Assembly (NCBI GenBank): GCA_036277635.1
Contig: DASUMP010000043.1
Coordinates: 1 to 50,872 of the forward strand
Source: Acidimicrobiia bacterium
GTDB lineage: Bacteria; Actinomycetota; Acidimicrobiia; IMCC26256; PALSA-610
Direction of reading: 5' to 3'
DNA: 50,872 nucleotides
Part shown: one piece after another, positions 38,338-46,167 of the stretch
How the letters are laid out: each line of letters begins with the position of its first letter
Numbering within the stretch: the stretch's first letter is position 1
Translations under genes and position numbers: made by a program
The notes under the pieces: model-generated
Told to the model about the DNA's origin: nothing
What the model saw: the letters and a program-made list of their open reading frames with translations, nothing else
Databases searched by the model: none

Positions 38338-39164
38338 AGGCCGCGCGTCTCCGAGGTCAGGTCGCGCCAGCACACCGCGAACACCGGCGTCGCCTCGGAC
38401 AAACCCTTGAGCGGCACCGCGCCGCGGTCCTCGAAGACGAACTGCTTGCCGATGCACAGCTCACGCACCGCGAGCGAGGTGAAGATGTCGCCGGCCGGCG
38501 CGCTCGAACACAGGCGCGCCGCCAGCTGTACCGCGGCCCCGAAGAGATCGTCGTGCTCGTCGGTGACGGGCTCGCCGGCACTCACGCCGATGCTGACTTC
38601 GAGCGGGACCCGGGCGTGACGATTGCGCTCGTCGATTGCCGACTGCACCGACACGCTGAACGCGACGGCCGAGGCCACCGAGCTGAACGCGGCCATGATG
38701 CCGTCGCCGGTGTGCTTGACCTCGCGGCCGCCGTGCGCGGCCAGCGCGGCGCGCACGATGTCGTTGTGCGCGTGCAACAGCTCGAGATGACCGTCGTCGC
38801 CGAGCTCGCGCGTCTGCTGGACGGAACCCACCATGTCGGTGAACACGATCACCCGCACGGCCGACGCGGTGTAGGGAGTGCCCACGCGATGCATCGGCAT
38901 GGAACCGAACATCGCGTTGAGCGGAACGTCCTGGTCGAGCTCGAGGATCGTCGTCGCCAACCCGCCGTGGGCGTCTCGGTGCACCGCTTCGACTGCTTCC
39001 TTCGTGGGCCCCTCGGCGAGGCAGAACACCGTGCCAGCATCGGGATCGAACCAGTAGGTGTGGTATCGCACCCCGTACGCCTCTTGGATGTCGACGTCGC
39101 GCTTGTGCGCCTCCGAGATGTCCTCGGGCGTCAAGCCCTGCGTCTCGTGGCGATCGAGGAACAT
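38334..39164 (-). CDS. DUF4242 (SCO4226-like) domain fused to a class III adenylate/guanylate cyclase catalytic domain
   Basis: 276 aa. N-terminus MFLDRHETQGLTPEDISEAHKRDVDIQEAYGVRYHTYWFDPDAGTVFCLAEGPTKEAVEAVH is DUF4242-like. Cyclase motifs: VIVFTDMVGS, VKHTGDGIMAAF, GVSAGEPV, FGAAVQLAARL (the canonical Asn is Gln here), PLKG. Confidence 0.8.
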   Translation of the reverse strand: MFLDRHETQGLTPEDISEAHKRDVDIQEAYGVRYHTYWFDPDAGTVFCLAEGPTKEAVEAVHRDAHGGLATTILELDQDVPLNAMFGSMPMHRVGTPYTASAVRVIVFTDMVGSVQQTRELGDDGHLELLHAHNDIVRAALAAHGGREVKHTGDGIMAAFSSVASAVAFSVSVQSAIDERNRHARVPLEVSIGVSAGEPVTDEHDDLFGAAVQLAARLCSSAPAGDIFTSLAVRELCIGKQFVFEDRGAVPLKGLSEATPVFAVCWRDLTSETRGL

Positions 39165-39251
39165 GGGCACACGACAACGATAGGCCCGCCAGCCCACCTC
39201 GGTCGTCCGTCGGGTGCTGCTCCGACTCGCCGCGCTGTTCGTGGGCGTGGG

Positions 39252-40511
39252 CTAGGTGGGCTGATCGTCCGTTGCCGCGCGCAGCCGCGCCGCGAGCGTC
39301 TGGAGCAAGTTCCAGGCGATCGTCGCGTTCTGCTGCACCAGCGGACGGAACTCCCAGTAGGTGAGCCCGTGACACACGAGCTCGGTGGTGGCGGTGACGG
39401 TCGCGGAGCGTGCACCGCCGTCGATGAGGGCGATCTCGCCGAAGTAGTCGCCGCTCGTGAGTGTCGCGCGCGGCCTGCCTCCGACCGAGACCGTCGCGTC
39501 GCCCGACTCGATCACGAAGAACGCGGCGCCCCCGGCGCCTTCCTTGGTGACCGTCTCGCCTGGGGCGAACCGGCGCTTCTTGAAGCGCGCGGCGATGTCG
39601 TCGACGTCGCGTGGACTCATGTTGGCGAAGAGCGGCACGCGCTCGATCACCTCGGCAGTGCCGCTCGCCGCCGCGGGCGCGCTCGGACGGGGAGACGTTC
39701 CCGTCCGCGTCACCGCCCGACACTGGAGCAAGTACAGCCGACCGTCCGCGAACGCCCACTCGATGTCGCGCGCCGGTCCGTACACGTCCTCGCAGTGCGC
39801 AGCGAGCGCGTGCAGCTGCGCCAGCTGTTCGTCGTCGAGGCAGAGCTGCTCGATGAGCTCGGGCGCGACAGCCTCCTCGATCGTCCCACCGTTGTCGACG
39901 GCGCGGATCGCGAGCTTCTTGAAGCCGGCCGTGCGCTCGAGCACTTCGCCGCTGCGGTCGATGCGGAAGGTGTCGGGGATCACGCGGCCCGCCACCACCA
40001 CTTCGCCGAGTCCCCAGCTCGCTTCGATCACCCGCTCGTCGGCCCCGTTGATCGGGTTCTGCGTGAACATGACCCCGGCCGACTCAGGGTTCAGCAGCGA
40101 CTGCACGACCACGCCGACACTCGGCCGGGCGAACAGCCCCACGCGCTGGCGGTAGGTGATCGCGGAGTCGGAGTTCGCCGACCACCAGATCTCCCGGACC
40201 GCCGCGCTCAGGTCGTCGACCGACGGCACGTTGAGCAGCGTGAGGTGCTGCCCCGCGAAGCTCGCGTCAGCGCCGTCTTCGTCGGCGGCCGACGAACGCA
40301 CGGCGAGCGGGCCCGCCAGCGACCGGGCCGCACTCACGAGCTGGTCGATGGCCGCTTCCTTCCCCGCGGCCACGTCGTCGACGAACGAACCCGACAGCGC
40401 GAGGCCCGGAGGGCACGGCAGACCCGCACGCGCTGCCGCTCCGAGCCCGGTGGCCTTCGCCCCGAAACGCGAGTCGTCCTGCGCCTCCGCGAGCGGGACG
40501 ACGTCGGTCAC
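39252..40511 (-). CDS. PEP/pyruvate-binding ATP-grasp domain (PPDK_N-like) fused to a C-terminal cyclic-nucleotide-binding domain
   Basis: 419 aa. N-terminus: FGAKATGLGAAARAGLPCPPGLAL, LAVRSSAADEDGADASFAGQH, VVVQSLLNPESAGVMFT, DIEWAFADGRLYLLQCRAVT. C-terminus: VPLFANMSPRDVDDIA...GDYFGEIALIDGGARSATVTA (FGE..A...R[ST]A cNMP cassette). The GTG start overlaps the upstream stop (GTGA). Confidence 0.85.
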   Translation of the reverse strand: MTDVVPLAEAQDDSRFGAKATGLGAAARAGLPCPPGLALSGSFVDDVAAGKEAAIDQLVSAARSLAGPLAVRSSAADEDGADASFAGQHLTLLNVPSVDDLSAAVREIWWSANSDSAITYRQRVGLFARPSVGVVVQSLLNPESAGVMFTQNPINGADERVIEASWGLGEVVVAGRVIPDTFRIDRSGEVLERTAGFKKLAIRAVDNGGTIEEAVAPELIEQLCLDDEQLAQLHALAAHCEDVYGPARDIEWAFADGRLYLLQCRAVTRTGTSPRPSAPAAASGTAEVIERVPLFANMSPRDVDDIAARFKKRRFAPGETVTKEGAGGAAFFVIESGDATVSVGGRPRATLTSGDYFGEIALIDGGARSATVTATTELVCHGLTYWEFRPLVQQNATIAWNLLQTLAARLRAATDDQPT

Positions 40512-42145
40512 GTGTAGACCGTCACTTCACCGGCGTCGCCGTCGACTCGCACGCGCGTCCCGTCGGGAATGAGGTCGGTCGCGCTGCGTGTGCCGACGAC
40601 GCCGGGGATGCCGTATTCACGCGCCACGATCGCCGAGTGCGACAACAAGCCTCCGGCATCGGTGACGATCGCGCCGAGCAGCGGCAGCAGGATGTTGAAC
40701 GCCTCGGTCGTCGACTCGGTGACGAGGACATCACCCTGCACGATGCGATCGAAGTCGATCGGGCCAGCGACACGCCGCGCTGGCCCTTCGTACACACCGC
40801 CGCTCGCGGCGAGTCCGCGCAGCAGGTTGTCCTCGTGCGCAGCCTCCGAGCTGCCGAACAGCTCACCCAATGCGACACCGACCGCGCGCATGACCCGGCC
40901 GACTCCCGGAGGGAGCCCCGACGGATCAGGCGGCGGGGGCGGCGGCGGCCCCAGCGACGCCGGCGCCTCCTTCGCAGTGCGCGAGCTGCGGTCGGCGAAA
41001 CGCTGCGCGAGCTCGTCGGCCGACGGCCCACCCGAGCCCGTCACGAGCGCGCACATCTCGTCGAAACCGGCGTCGACGAAGTGCTCCGCGTCGTGGACGC
41101 CGCCCTTGCCCTCGAGCCGGCGACCGGCCGCGAGCGCCGCTCGCCGCATGATGCCCGACGCCCAGATGTCGCTGAACACACCGCGTTCGTCGCGCAGCCG
41201 GTACATGAGGCGCGCCTCGCCGAGCAGCTCGTCGAACTCAGCGCGGTGCTCGTCGGGCACCTGCGCGCGGATCCCGGCGATGCGCGCGTCGACATCAGCG
41301 GTGTCGTTCCCGGCGCCATCGACCGCAGACCGGATCGAGCGCAACAGCACGTCGGGCAGCTCGAGCGCGTAGCGGCCGGCGATGTCGAAGCCGTCGAGCA
41401 ACCGGCAACCGACGAGGTCGAGGTATGCCGCCACCGCTGGGCCGACGTCGCCCCCGAACGCGCGCAGCTCCGCGAGCGTCTTGCCGGGATCGCCGTCCGA
41501 GTCGAGGAGGCTGCGAGCAGCCGTGTCGTTCGTGATCGCCGCGATGAGTCGTTCGAGCTCACCCGACGCGCCCGCGGACACGGGAGCCGCACCCCGCAAC
41601 ATCGCGAGCGTGTCGGATGGCGTGACGCTGGTCCACGCCCCGAGGTGCACGAGCAGGTCACCGACCGGGAGCATCGCCGAGCCGGTGAAGCGCATGTGCT
41701 GGAAGATCATCTGTGAGTGGTGCTCGCGACAGCGCGTGAGGTACTCCACCATCGCGTCGTCGGACAGCGCGTCGGCGTCGACCGCCTGGAGCTCGCGGTG
41801 CGTCGTGATCGCAGCCGGTTTGAAGGTGTCGTCCCACTCGCGCAGCTGGTCACGCCAGACCTTGCGCTCCCACACTTCCTCCGCGCGGGCGAACCGCTGC
41901 GGGATCTCCTCGTCGGGCGCCGGCCGCATCGTGCTGTACGCGAAGCCGTGGACGTACTGCATCTCCATCCCGTCGAGCGGCGTGCCGTAGAACGCCATGA
42001 ACTCGCGGGTGCCCCGGCGGAACGGCTCGGGATGCATCTCCGCCCAGTACCGCGTGACCGGACGCGGGAAGTGCACCGGGTCGAGGTGCCACGACCCCGG
42101 ACCCGGGGGCTCGAACTGCAGCGTCGTCGTGCCCTGACCCGCCAT
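40508..42145 (-). CDS. PEP-utilising enzyme, mobile phosphohistidine (swivel) domain protein with a long N-terminal domain of unknown specificity
   Basis: 545 aa from ATG 42145 (GGGGGG upstream). C-terminus: GVYEGPARRV...GDVLVTESTTEAFNILLPLLGAIVTDAGGLLSHSAIVAREYGIPGVVG is a canonical swivel-His motif. The N-terminal ~440 aa are unassigned, comparable in position to the substrate-binding domain of rifampicin phosphotransferases. Confidence 0.8.
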   Translation of the reverse strand: MAGQGTTTLQFEPPGPGSWHLDPVHFPRPVTRYWAEMHPEPFRRGTREFMAFYGTPLDGMEMQYVHGFAYSTMRPAPDEEIPQRFARAEEVWERKVWRDQLREWDDTFKPAAITTHRELQAVDADALSDDAMVEYLTRCREHHSQMIFQHMRFTGSAMLPVGDLLVHLGAWTSVTPSDTLAMLRGAAPVSAGASGELERLIAAITNDTAARSLLDSDGDPGKTLAELRAFGGDVGPAVAAYLDLVGCRLLDGFDIAGRYALELPDVLLRSIRSAVDGAGNDTADVDARIAGIRAQVPDEHRAEFDELLGEARLMYRLRDERGVFSDIWASGIMRRAALAAGRRLEGKGGVHDAEHFVDAGFDEMCALVTGSGGPSADELAQRFADRSSRTAKEAPASLGPPPPPPPDPSGLPPGVGRVMRAVGVALGELFGSSEAAHEDNLLRGLAASGGVYEGPARRVAGPIDFDRIVQGDVLVTESTTEAFNILLPLLGAIVTDAGGLLSHSAIVAREYGIPGVVGTRSATDLIPDGTRVRVDGDAGEVTVYT

Positions 42146-42248
42146 CTGCGAACCCCCCGCACTCGTTGCCGCGCAACTCGGTGACGCGCCTCGTGCGTGG
42201 ATTCTCACCGGCCGACTGCGATCCAGCAACCGCTGAGCCGGGAAGCAG

Positions 42249-42321
42249 TGGAGGTGAGCGGACTCGAACCGCCGACTTCTACGTTGCGAACGTAGCGCTC
42301 TACCAGCTGAGCTACACCCCC
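42249..42321 (-). tRNA. tRNA-Ala (anticodon CGC)
   Basis: Hand fold: GGGGGTG acceptor stem with the G3:U70 Ala identity pair. D-arm TAGCTCAGCTGGTAGAGC. Anticodon arm CTACG-TTCGCAA-CGTAG. T-arm GGCGG-TTCGAGT-CCGCT. Discriminator A. No encoded CCA. Confidence 0.9.
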
Positions 42322-42373
42322 GAAGGGAAGGGCGAGCGTACCAAAGCGCCTGCGCAGGACTGCGGGCGAAACG

Positions 42374-43012
42374 TCAGCGGGTGTGGCGGTCGGCGGTCTC
42401 GATCGCGTGCTGGAGACGGTGCGCGACGAGCGCGGTGGTGAGGTCGCCGCGGGTGCGCTCGAGCACGGCTCGGAGCGCGTCGGTGGTGCGGCGCAGGCCG
42501 CCGGTGACGCCGTCGGGATAGTCGATCGTCACGAGCGTGCCGTACACGTCGTCCATCGCGCCGACGAGGTGCTCGGCCCGGTCGAGGTCGCCGGCGCGGA
42601 GGCGGTCGAGGGCGGCGCGGCGCAGCTCGCTCGCGGCCTCGGCGAGACCGTTGCACCACGCGGCGGCGTCGATGCCGAGGTCGGCGGGGGCGGGCAGCGG
42701 GTCGTCGCGCACGAGGGCGAGCGTGAGGAACGCCTCGGCGAGCTCCTTCTTCGCGTCGTGCAGCGGCCCGGTCGCGCGGATCTCGGGGTGATCGGCGAGC
42801 GCGGCGTCGGCTTCGGCGACGTGCGCCTGCGCGTCGCGAGCGAGCTCGGCAGCCGCGGCGTACTCACCGCGATGAGTCGCTCGGATCGACCGTGCGCAGG
42901 CTTGGATGGCGGTGCGGGACGCGGCGATCGTGACTTCGCGTGCCCGGTGGCGTTCGTCGAGCGCGTCGCGCACGGCGGCGCCGAGCGCGTTGATCTCGCC
43001 GGCGCGGTCCAC
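42374..43012 (-). CDS. Translin-family (COG2178-like) helical protein
   Basis: 212 aa, all-helical. ...IRATGPLHDAKKELAEAFLTLALV...AAWCNGLAEAASELRR...LVTIDYPDGVTGGLRRTTD resembles prokaryotic translin-family proteins. Called from memory only. Confidence 0.5.
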   Translation of the reverse strand: MDRAGEINALGAAVRDALDERHRAREVTIAASRTAIQACARSIRATHRGEYAAAAELARDAQAHVAEADAALADHPEIRATGPLHDAKKELAEAFLTLALVRDDPLPAPADLGIDAAAWCNGLAEAASELRRAALDRLRAGDLDRAEHLVGAMDDVYGTLVTIDYPDGVTGGLRRTTDALRAVLERTRGDLTTALVAHRLQHAIETADRHTR

Positions 43013-43020
43013 GGGTGGAC

Positions 43021-43500
43021 CTACGACGACGCGATGCGGCGCAACGCGAGCTCGGACGGCGCGCGGTGCGACAACGCGTGCACGGTGCGCTCACGATCCG
43101 CCGACAGCGAGCGGAACCACGCGTAGAGCGCGAGGTACGCGACGAGCAACAGGTCGGCGATCACCTGCACGGCCCAGAGGATCGGGGCGCCGCCGACGCT
43201 CGCGAGGATGAAGGTCGCGGCGACCGCGGCGGCGAGGATCGTCATGACGTCGCGGCGGCGCTTGGCGGCGGGGGTGAGCGGTCGGGCGCTCGGTCGATCA
43301 GTGCGCACCGGCGGGAGCGGGGAGACGCGAGCCGGTGCCGCGCTCGGGTCGAAGGTGCCGTTGGTGCGGCCGAGGACCCCGAGGCGGTAGTTGAAGTCGT
43401 CGATCGAGTCGCCCGACTGCTGGGTGCGGGACCGCAGCAACGGCGGGACGAGCACGACGGCCCACAGCACAGCGAGGATCAGCAACACCACGATCGCCAC
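43021..43500 (-). CDS. Hypothetical membrane protein (N-terminal TM, disordered linker, two C-terminal TMs)
   Basis: 159 aa. VAIVVLLILAVLWAVVLVPPLL..., Pro/Arg-rich middle, ...VMTILAAAVAATFILASVGGAPILWAVQVIADLLLVAYLALYAW. Confidence 0.55.
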   Translation of the reverse strand: MAIVVLLILAVLWAVVLVPPLLRSRTQQSGDSIDDFNYRLGVLGRTNGTFDPSAAPARVSPLPPVRTDRPSARPLTPAAKRRRDVMTILAAAVAATFILASVGGAPILWAVQVIADLLLVAYLALYAWFRSLSADRERTVHALSHRAPSELALRRIASS

Positions 43501-43694
43501 GAACTCCTCGACCCCTTTGCTGTCGCGGACGGTAACAACGGGCGAACCACAAGTGGTGGATTCCGACCCGTGCGAGGCTCGGTGGAGGGCTGGGAAGCAC
43601 TCCGCGCGCTCACCAGTCTCGTGGAGCGCGGGTGCGAAACGTCAAACCGACGCTGTGACCTGCACAAACACGCCGCGTCGGGGGCGTCGACCGC

Positions 43695-44198
43695 TCAGAA
43701 CCCGAAGGGATCGGCGCCGTCGGGGACGGGCCGGCGGAAGGTGCCGGAACGACCGCCGGTCTTCTCCCACAGTGCGAGCTCGCCGATCGTCATCGACCGG
43801 TCGATCGACTTGCACATGTCGTAGATGGTGAGCGCGGCGACCGAGCACGCGGTGAGCGCTTCCATCTCCACGCCGGTGCGATCGACCGTGTCGACCTGCG
43901 CCTCGATCTCGACGTGAGCGTCTTCGATCCGGAAGTTCACGTAGACCGAGCCGACGAGCAGCGGGTGGCACAACGGCAGCAGGTTGGAGGTCTGCTTGGC
44001 GGCCTGGATCCCCGCGACGCGAGCGACGGCGAGCACGTCGCCCTTGGTGATCGCACCGGAGGCGATCTTGGAGGCGGTGTCGCTCTCCATGTTCACCCGG
44101 CACCGGGCGACCGCGCGGCGGTGGCTCGGCTCCTTCGACGTGACGTCGACCATGCGGGCGCGGCCGAGCGGGTCGAGGTGCGTGAACTCCGAAGCCAC
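43695..44198 (-). CDS. moaC: Cyclic pyranopterin monophosphate synthase accessory protein MoaC
   Basis: MVDVTSKEPSHRRAVA, KGDVLAVARVAGIQAAKQTSNLLPLCHPL, VDRTGVEMEALTACSVAALTIYDMCK. Start placed at GTG 44198; the rest of track ORF 43695..44738 was rejected. Confidence 0.92.
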   Translation of the reverse strand: MASEFTHLDPLGRARMVDVTSKEPSHRRAVARCRVNMESDTASKIASGAITKGDVLAVARVAGIQAAKQTSNLLPLCHPLLVGSVYVNFRIEDAHVEIEAQVDTVDRTGVEMEALTACSVAALTIYDMCKSIDRSMTIGELALWEKTGGRSGTFRRPVPDGADPFGF

Positions 44199-44240
44199 GG
44201 GGAGAGTGTAGGAGGGGATGCCGCCGGTACGCTCCGGCCG

Positions 44241-44777
44241 GTGCGCCGGACCCTGGGCTCGGTCCTCCTCGTCGCCTCGCTCCTGACCGCCTGCTCGGCC
44301 GACGGCGACGACTCCTCCGGAGCCCCCGCCACCTCGAGCACCACGGCTCCGGGCTCCTCGACGACCACCACGGGCGCGCCGGCGACTCCGTCGACGCCGC
44401 CGACCACCTCGGGTGGGATCGAGCCGGTGCGGCGGGCGGCCGCGGCGTGCGAGACCCTCGTCGGTCAGGACCCCGCGCGCGCGAGGGTGCTCACCTCGGC
44501 CCCGTCGGTGGCCGCGGCCGTCGTCGCCGAGCTCGCCGCCGTCGGCGCGGCTGCGGCACCGTGGGACACCCTCCCGCCCGACCACTTCGTCGCGGTGTGC
44601 ACGTTCGCCGCGACACCCACGGCGGCGCAGCCACCGGCCACGATCGCGTGCCCCGATGGTGCCGTGGTGCTCGACGTCGCGACGTCGGCGTTCTACGCCG
44701 ACGAGAGCGGTCGCACGTCGGACGCGTCGGCGGTGCACGAACCCGACCCGTGCGTGGAGCCGACGCCGCTGCCCTGA
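44241..44777 (+). CDS. Hypothetical lipoprotein with a Ser/Thr/Pro-rich linker
   Basis: VRRTLGSVLLVASLLTACSADGDD has a lipobox (LTAC). It is followed by SSTTAPGSSTTTTGAPATPSTPPTTSG and a ~110-aa Cys-containing domain. The exact start is uncertain. Confidence 0.55.
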   Translation: MRRTLGSVLLVASLLTACSADGDDSSGAPATSSTTAPGSSTTTTGAPATPSTPPTTSGGIEPVRRAAAACETLVGQDPARARVLTSAPSVAAAVVAELAAVGAAAAPWDTLPPDHFVAVCTFAATPTAAQPPATIACPDGAVVLDVATSAFYADESGRTSDASAVHEPDPCVEPTPLP

Positions 44778-44798
44778 CCGCTCGGCGTCGTGGGCCCC

Positions 44799-45887
44799 TC
44801 AGCCGCCGATCTGGCTCATCGACCGGTCGGGACGCACGAAGTCGACCTGCCCGACACGGTGCCCGGCCCACTTCGTGCCGACCGCACGCGCGATCGCGTC
44901 GGCGAGGCGATCGTCGAGATCGGGGGCGGCGAGACCGTCGGCCGCGCGCACGACGGCGCGCAGGTCGTGCTCGTGCACGGCGAACAAGCACGTGCGGAAC
45001 GCACCCTCCGCGGTGATGCGCACGCGGTCGCAGTTCTCGCAGAACGGCTCGGTGACGGTCGCGATCACGCCGACGTCGCCGCCGCCGTCGGCGTACTCGA
45101 AGCGTTCGGCCGGCTCGACGTGGCCGTGCTGGGGGGCCGCACCGGTGCCGGGGACCGGCGTCGAGCGCAGCGGGAACACGGCGTCGATGCGCGCCAAGAT
45201 CTCGCGGGCCGGGACGACGCGCTCCATCGTCCATTCACCTTGCGCGTCGAGCGGCATGAACTCGATGAAGCGCACCCCGACCCCGCGCTCGCGCCCGAAC
45301 CGGGCGAGGTCGACGACCTCGTCGTCGTTCACGCCGCGGATCACCACGGCGTTGATCTTCACAGGGTCGAGGCCGGCGTCGAGCGCGGCGTCGATGCCGG
45401 CGAGCACGCGGTCGAGCTCGTCGCGCCGTGTCAGCGCGAAGAACGTCTCGCGCCGCAAGGAGTCGAGCGACACGTTGACACGCGAGAGACCTGCGTGCGC
45501 GAGGTCGTGCGCGAGCTCGGGGAGCTTCACGCCGTTCGTCGTGAGCGCGAGATCCACGCCGAGCGGGGCGAGCATCTCGATGAGGCGCGTGACGTGCGCG
45601 CGGATCAGCGGCTCGCCTCCCGTGACCCGGATGGCGTCGAAGCCGAAGCGCTCGACGCAGACACGCGCGATCCGGGCGTGCTCTTCGTAGGTGAGCAGCT
45701 CGTCACGGGGCAGCCACGTCATACCCTCCTCGGGCATGCAGTAGGTGCACCGGAAGTTGCAGCGGTCGGTGATCGAGATGCGCAGGTCGCGCACGCGCCG
45801 CTGCTGCGGGTCGAGCAGCGGGACGGGGACCTCGCGACGCGTCACCGACCCAGGATAGGAGTGGGGCGCAAGCGTCGGTCCCGGCAC
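44799..45887 (-). CDS. moaA: GTP 3',8-cyclase MoaA (radical SAM)
   Basis: LRISITDRCNFRCTYCMPEEG (CxxxCxxC radical SAM) and a C-terminal FCENCDRVRITAEG cluster. Start is either ATG 45887 or GTG 45845. Confidence 0.93.
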   Translation of the reverse strand: MPGPTLAPHSYPGSVTRREVPVPLLDPQQRRVRDLRISITDRCNFRCTYCMPEEGMTWLPRDELLTYEEHARIARVCVERFGFDAIRVTGGEPLIRAHVTRLIEMLAPLGVDLALTTNGVKLPELAHDLAHAGLSRVNVSLDSLRRETFFALTRRDELDRVLAGIDAALDAGLDPVKINAVVIRGVNDDEVVDLARFGRERGVGVRFIEFMPLDAQGEWTMERVVPAREILARIDAVFPLRSTPVPGTGAAPQHGHVEPAERFEYADGGGDVGVIATVTEPFCENCDRVRITAEGAFRTCLFAVHEHDLRAVVRAADGLAAPDLDDRLADAIARAVGTKWAGHRVGQVDFVRPDRSMSQIGG

Positions 45888-46123
45888 TCGTCACGGGCAA
45901 CCGACGTGGCCCCGGGGTCGGGTTCGCTCTGGCTCCCCGTCAACGCAGCGACCAACTTCAGTCGACGGATCTTCGCTCTCCCCGGTGGTCCGGCGGCGCC
46001 CCAGCCTGCACCTTCGGACCCGCCACGTACTGGTCAGCCTCCCCTGCGGATCTCTCCGCCCGCCCGGCCGACCTGAACACTGCGTAGCGGAGTCTTTGTA
46101 CCACGGAGAGTGATCACTGGCAA

Positions 46124-46149
46124 GGGGCGCGCGATGGGCCGCGCGCCTC
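46124..46149 (-). terminator. GC-rich hairpin just downstream of the moeA stop
   Basis: GGCGCGC (46126-46132) pairs with GCGCGCC (46141-46147) over an 8-nt loop. Adjacent direct repeat GGCCGCGCGC x2 (46137-46146 and 46154-46163). No U-tract. Confidence 0.4.
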
Positions 46150-46167
46150 ATTCGGCCGCGCGCGACG

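Noticed and set aside
27960-42321. Genomic island or integrative element adjacent to tRNA-Ala (42249-42321).
   Set aside because: There is no integrase, recombinase, transposase or phage gene, and I could not find a direct repeat of the tRNA 3' end. By eye the composition looks like the rest of the window. The block is accessory in content but shows no evidence of mobility.
43540-43690. Possible sRNA or terminator hairpins in the 195-nt moaC-to-membrane-protein spacer (for example CGCGCTC-N12-GAGCGCG and ACGCC-N8-GGCGT).
   Set aside because: The stems are short (5-7 bp) with large loops. In 70% GC sequence such pairings are expected by chance, so they are not reported as features.
45888-46167. 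Calling a Moco riboswitch upstream of moaA, and the 108-aa ORF 45891..46217(-).
   Set aside because: I could not match the region to the Moco motif consensus from memory, and that motif is not typical of actinobacteria. The ORF is Arg-rich with no motifs and overlaps the moeA 3' end. The region is reported only as an unexplained non-coding region.
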